From positions 92,938,001 to 93,002,000 of the forward strand of contig NC_043002.1 in NCBI RefSeq assembly GCF_006345805.1: 64,000 nucleotides of DNA, given 5' to 3'. The translations under genes were made by a program, and so were the position numbers. Under the pieces are notes generated by a model. That model did not search any database. It saw only the letters and a list, made by a program, of their open reading frames with translations, and was not told where the DNA came from. Of the stretch, positions 62,200 through 64,000 are shown in pieces; position 1 is the stretch's first letter, and every line of letters starts with the position of its first letter. Origin of the DNA: Octopus sinensis (lineage: Eukaryota).

Positions 62200-64000
62200 C
62201 GCGAGTTTTCTTTTCAGGTTCATGATGCTACTAGGGCCAATACCTCCCACACCCTCAGGGTTAGCACCCTCAACGTTGGCACACTGAAAGGCAGGTCTGG
62301 CGAGATCGTTGAATTGCTTGAAGGGAGGTGTGTTGATATATGTTGCATTCAAGAAGTGAGGTGGAGAGGAGGTTCTGCTAGGTTCCTCACAGGCAAAGGA
62401 CAGAGGTACAAGATTTTCTGGGCTGGGAATACTGACGGGGTCGGGTGTGTGGGTATACTTATCGCTGAAAAATGGGTAGATAAGGTAATCGAGGTAGTCA
62501 GAGTATTTGACAGAATACTTAAGATTAGATTAGTGCTCCATCATAGTTTAGCAACTATTATATCGGCCAGGGCTACCCGATGGACAGAAAGACCGTTTCT
62601 ATGACACCCTACTGCAGACCACCTCATTGACGAATGACAGGGACCTTCTCTTTGTGGCTGGTGACTTCAATGGGCATGTTGGACGACATGCTGGGGGCTT
62701 CCATGGCATACATGGAGGCTACGGTTATGGTTCCCGCAACGAGGAGGGAACCAGGCTGCTGGAGTTCTGCGATGCGAATAGTCTTATGGTTTGCAACACT
62801 AACTTCAGGAAACCAACAAGCCACCTGGTCACCTACCGATCGGGCCGGCATACTAGCCAAATCGACTACATCCTTGCCAGAAAAAGGGAAAGATGGCTGC
62901 TTATAAATGCCAAAACCTTCCCAGGCGAAGAATGTACCCCACAACATAGACTGGTAGTTAGTGACTTTAGGATCAGGACTAAGAGGATGACTAGAAGACG
63001 ACCAACATGGAGAAAAAGGGTCTGGAAGCTTAAAGACCCTGCGAACGGACAGAGATTTAGAGACATGTTACTTGAAGCCTTTGACGAAATAGAAGGGGGT
63101 ATAGCTACACATGGGGTAGAAGACAACTGGACGCTTCTAAGGGACAACCAGCTGAAAGTCACTGACCAGATCTGTGGCTGGTGCAAAGTCCCCTCAAGAC
63201 CCAAAATAACGTGGTGGTGGAACAATGTGGTTGACGGCTATTAAACAAAAGAATCAGGCTTGGAAGAAATAGAAGAACGGTGGTAGCAGGGAAGTGTATC
63301 AGACTGCCAGAAGGGAAGCTAGGAGGCAGGTGTATTTAGCCAGAGGGAAAGCAGATAAGAAAAAATTTGCCAATGTTCTGCACCATGAGGATGAAAGACT
63401 TGAGGTATTTCGTGTTGCAAGACAGTGTGTGAGAGAGAATCGTGATGTGGTAGGAGAGAAATGTGTTCGCAAGGATGACGGTTCACTTGCGCTAAATGAG
63501 GATGCAAAGAGAGAGGTTTGGAGACGCCACTATGAAAGGTTGCTGAATGAAGAAAATGAATGGGATAAAGAGAGTCTGCCGAATGTCGACCCAACAGAGG
63601 AACCAGCAATCCGAGTTGACAGTTCCTTAGTAGTTAAGGCAATTACAAGCATGAAAACAGGGAAAGACCCAGGCCCATCAGGCATTACTGCAGAGATGCT
63701 CAAAATATCTGGTAGTGTCGGCTATAGCCTAGTCACCCATATAGTTAACCAGGTGATACACGAAGGAGTCATACCCAATGACTGGTGTAGCAGCATAATA
63801 GTCAACTGCTACAAAGGTAAAGGTGACACCCTAGATACAAATAACTACAGGGGTATCAAGCTGCTGGATCAGGTAATGAAGGTTACGGAGAGGGTTATAG
63901 CCCAACTAATTAGAGAGAGAGTTAGCTTAGATGAGATGCAGTTTGGGTTCGTGCCAGGGAAAAGTACTACTGATGCTATATTCCTGGTAAGTCAGCTGCA
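62200..64000 (+). mobile_element. Second RTE-clade LINE (APE plus start of RT), disrupted, continues beyond the window
   Basis: Motifs TLNVGTLKG, CIQEVRW, AGDFNGHVG, SQIDYIL, TPQHRLVVSDF, NYRGIKLL and QFGFVPGKSTTDAIF. Frameshifts near 62565 and 63240 plus an in-frame stop. 5' boundary approximate. Confidence 0.93.

Overview
AT-rich, microsatellite- and SINE-dense eukaryotic genomic DNA. The repeat repertoire looks like Octopus (coleoid cephalopod); this is recognition from memory, not a database result. Two intron-rich genes, not assembled in the ORF track, sit head-to-head around a short CpG-rich promoter at ~47.2-47.35 kb. On the minus strand is a RAB34/RAB36-family GTPase: six coding exons give 176 codons from the ATG at 34246 down to 3215, the last exons lie beyond the left edge, and a probable 5' UTR exon ends at 47143. 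On the plus strand is a complete five-exon RPL23A (uL23) of 201 aa (47354-54088) with a triplicated 10-aa motif. Human RAB34 and RPL23A are also a divergent adjacent pair. A probable terminal coding exon of a third, unidentified minus-strand gene lies at 59661-59921. The rest is transposon-derived. It includes a near full-length but disrupted GC-rich RTE/BovB-type LINE (25.9-29.8 kb) with an HDV-like ribozyme candidate at its 5' end, and a second RTE LINE running off the right edge. There are also RTE and Tx1 3' fragments (one with twin-priming geometry), a Penelope-type fragment with an intact minimal hammerhead core, and at least four SINE families. DNA elements include piggyBac, mariner and hAT MITEs, GG-terminal MITEs with 9-bp target-site duplications (TSDs), some carrying TTAGGG repeats, and non-autonomous Helitrons. 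Several local direct and inverted duplications are present.
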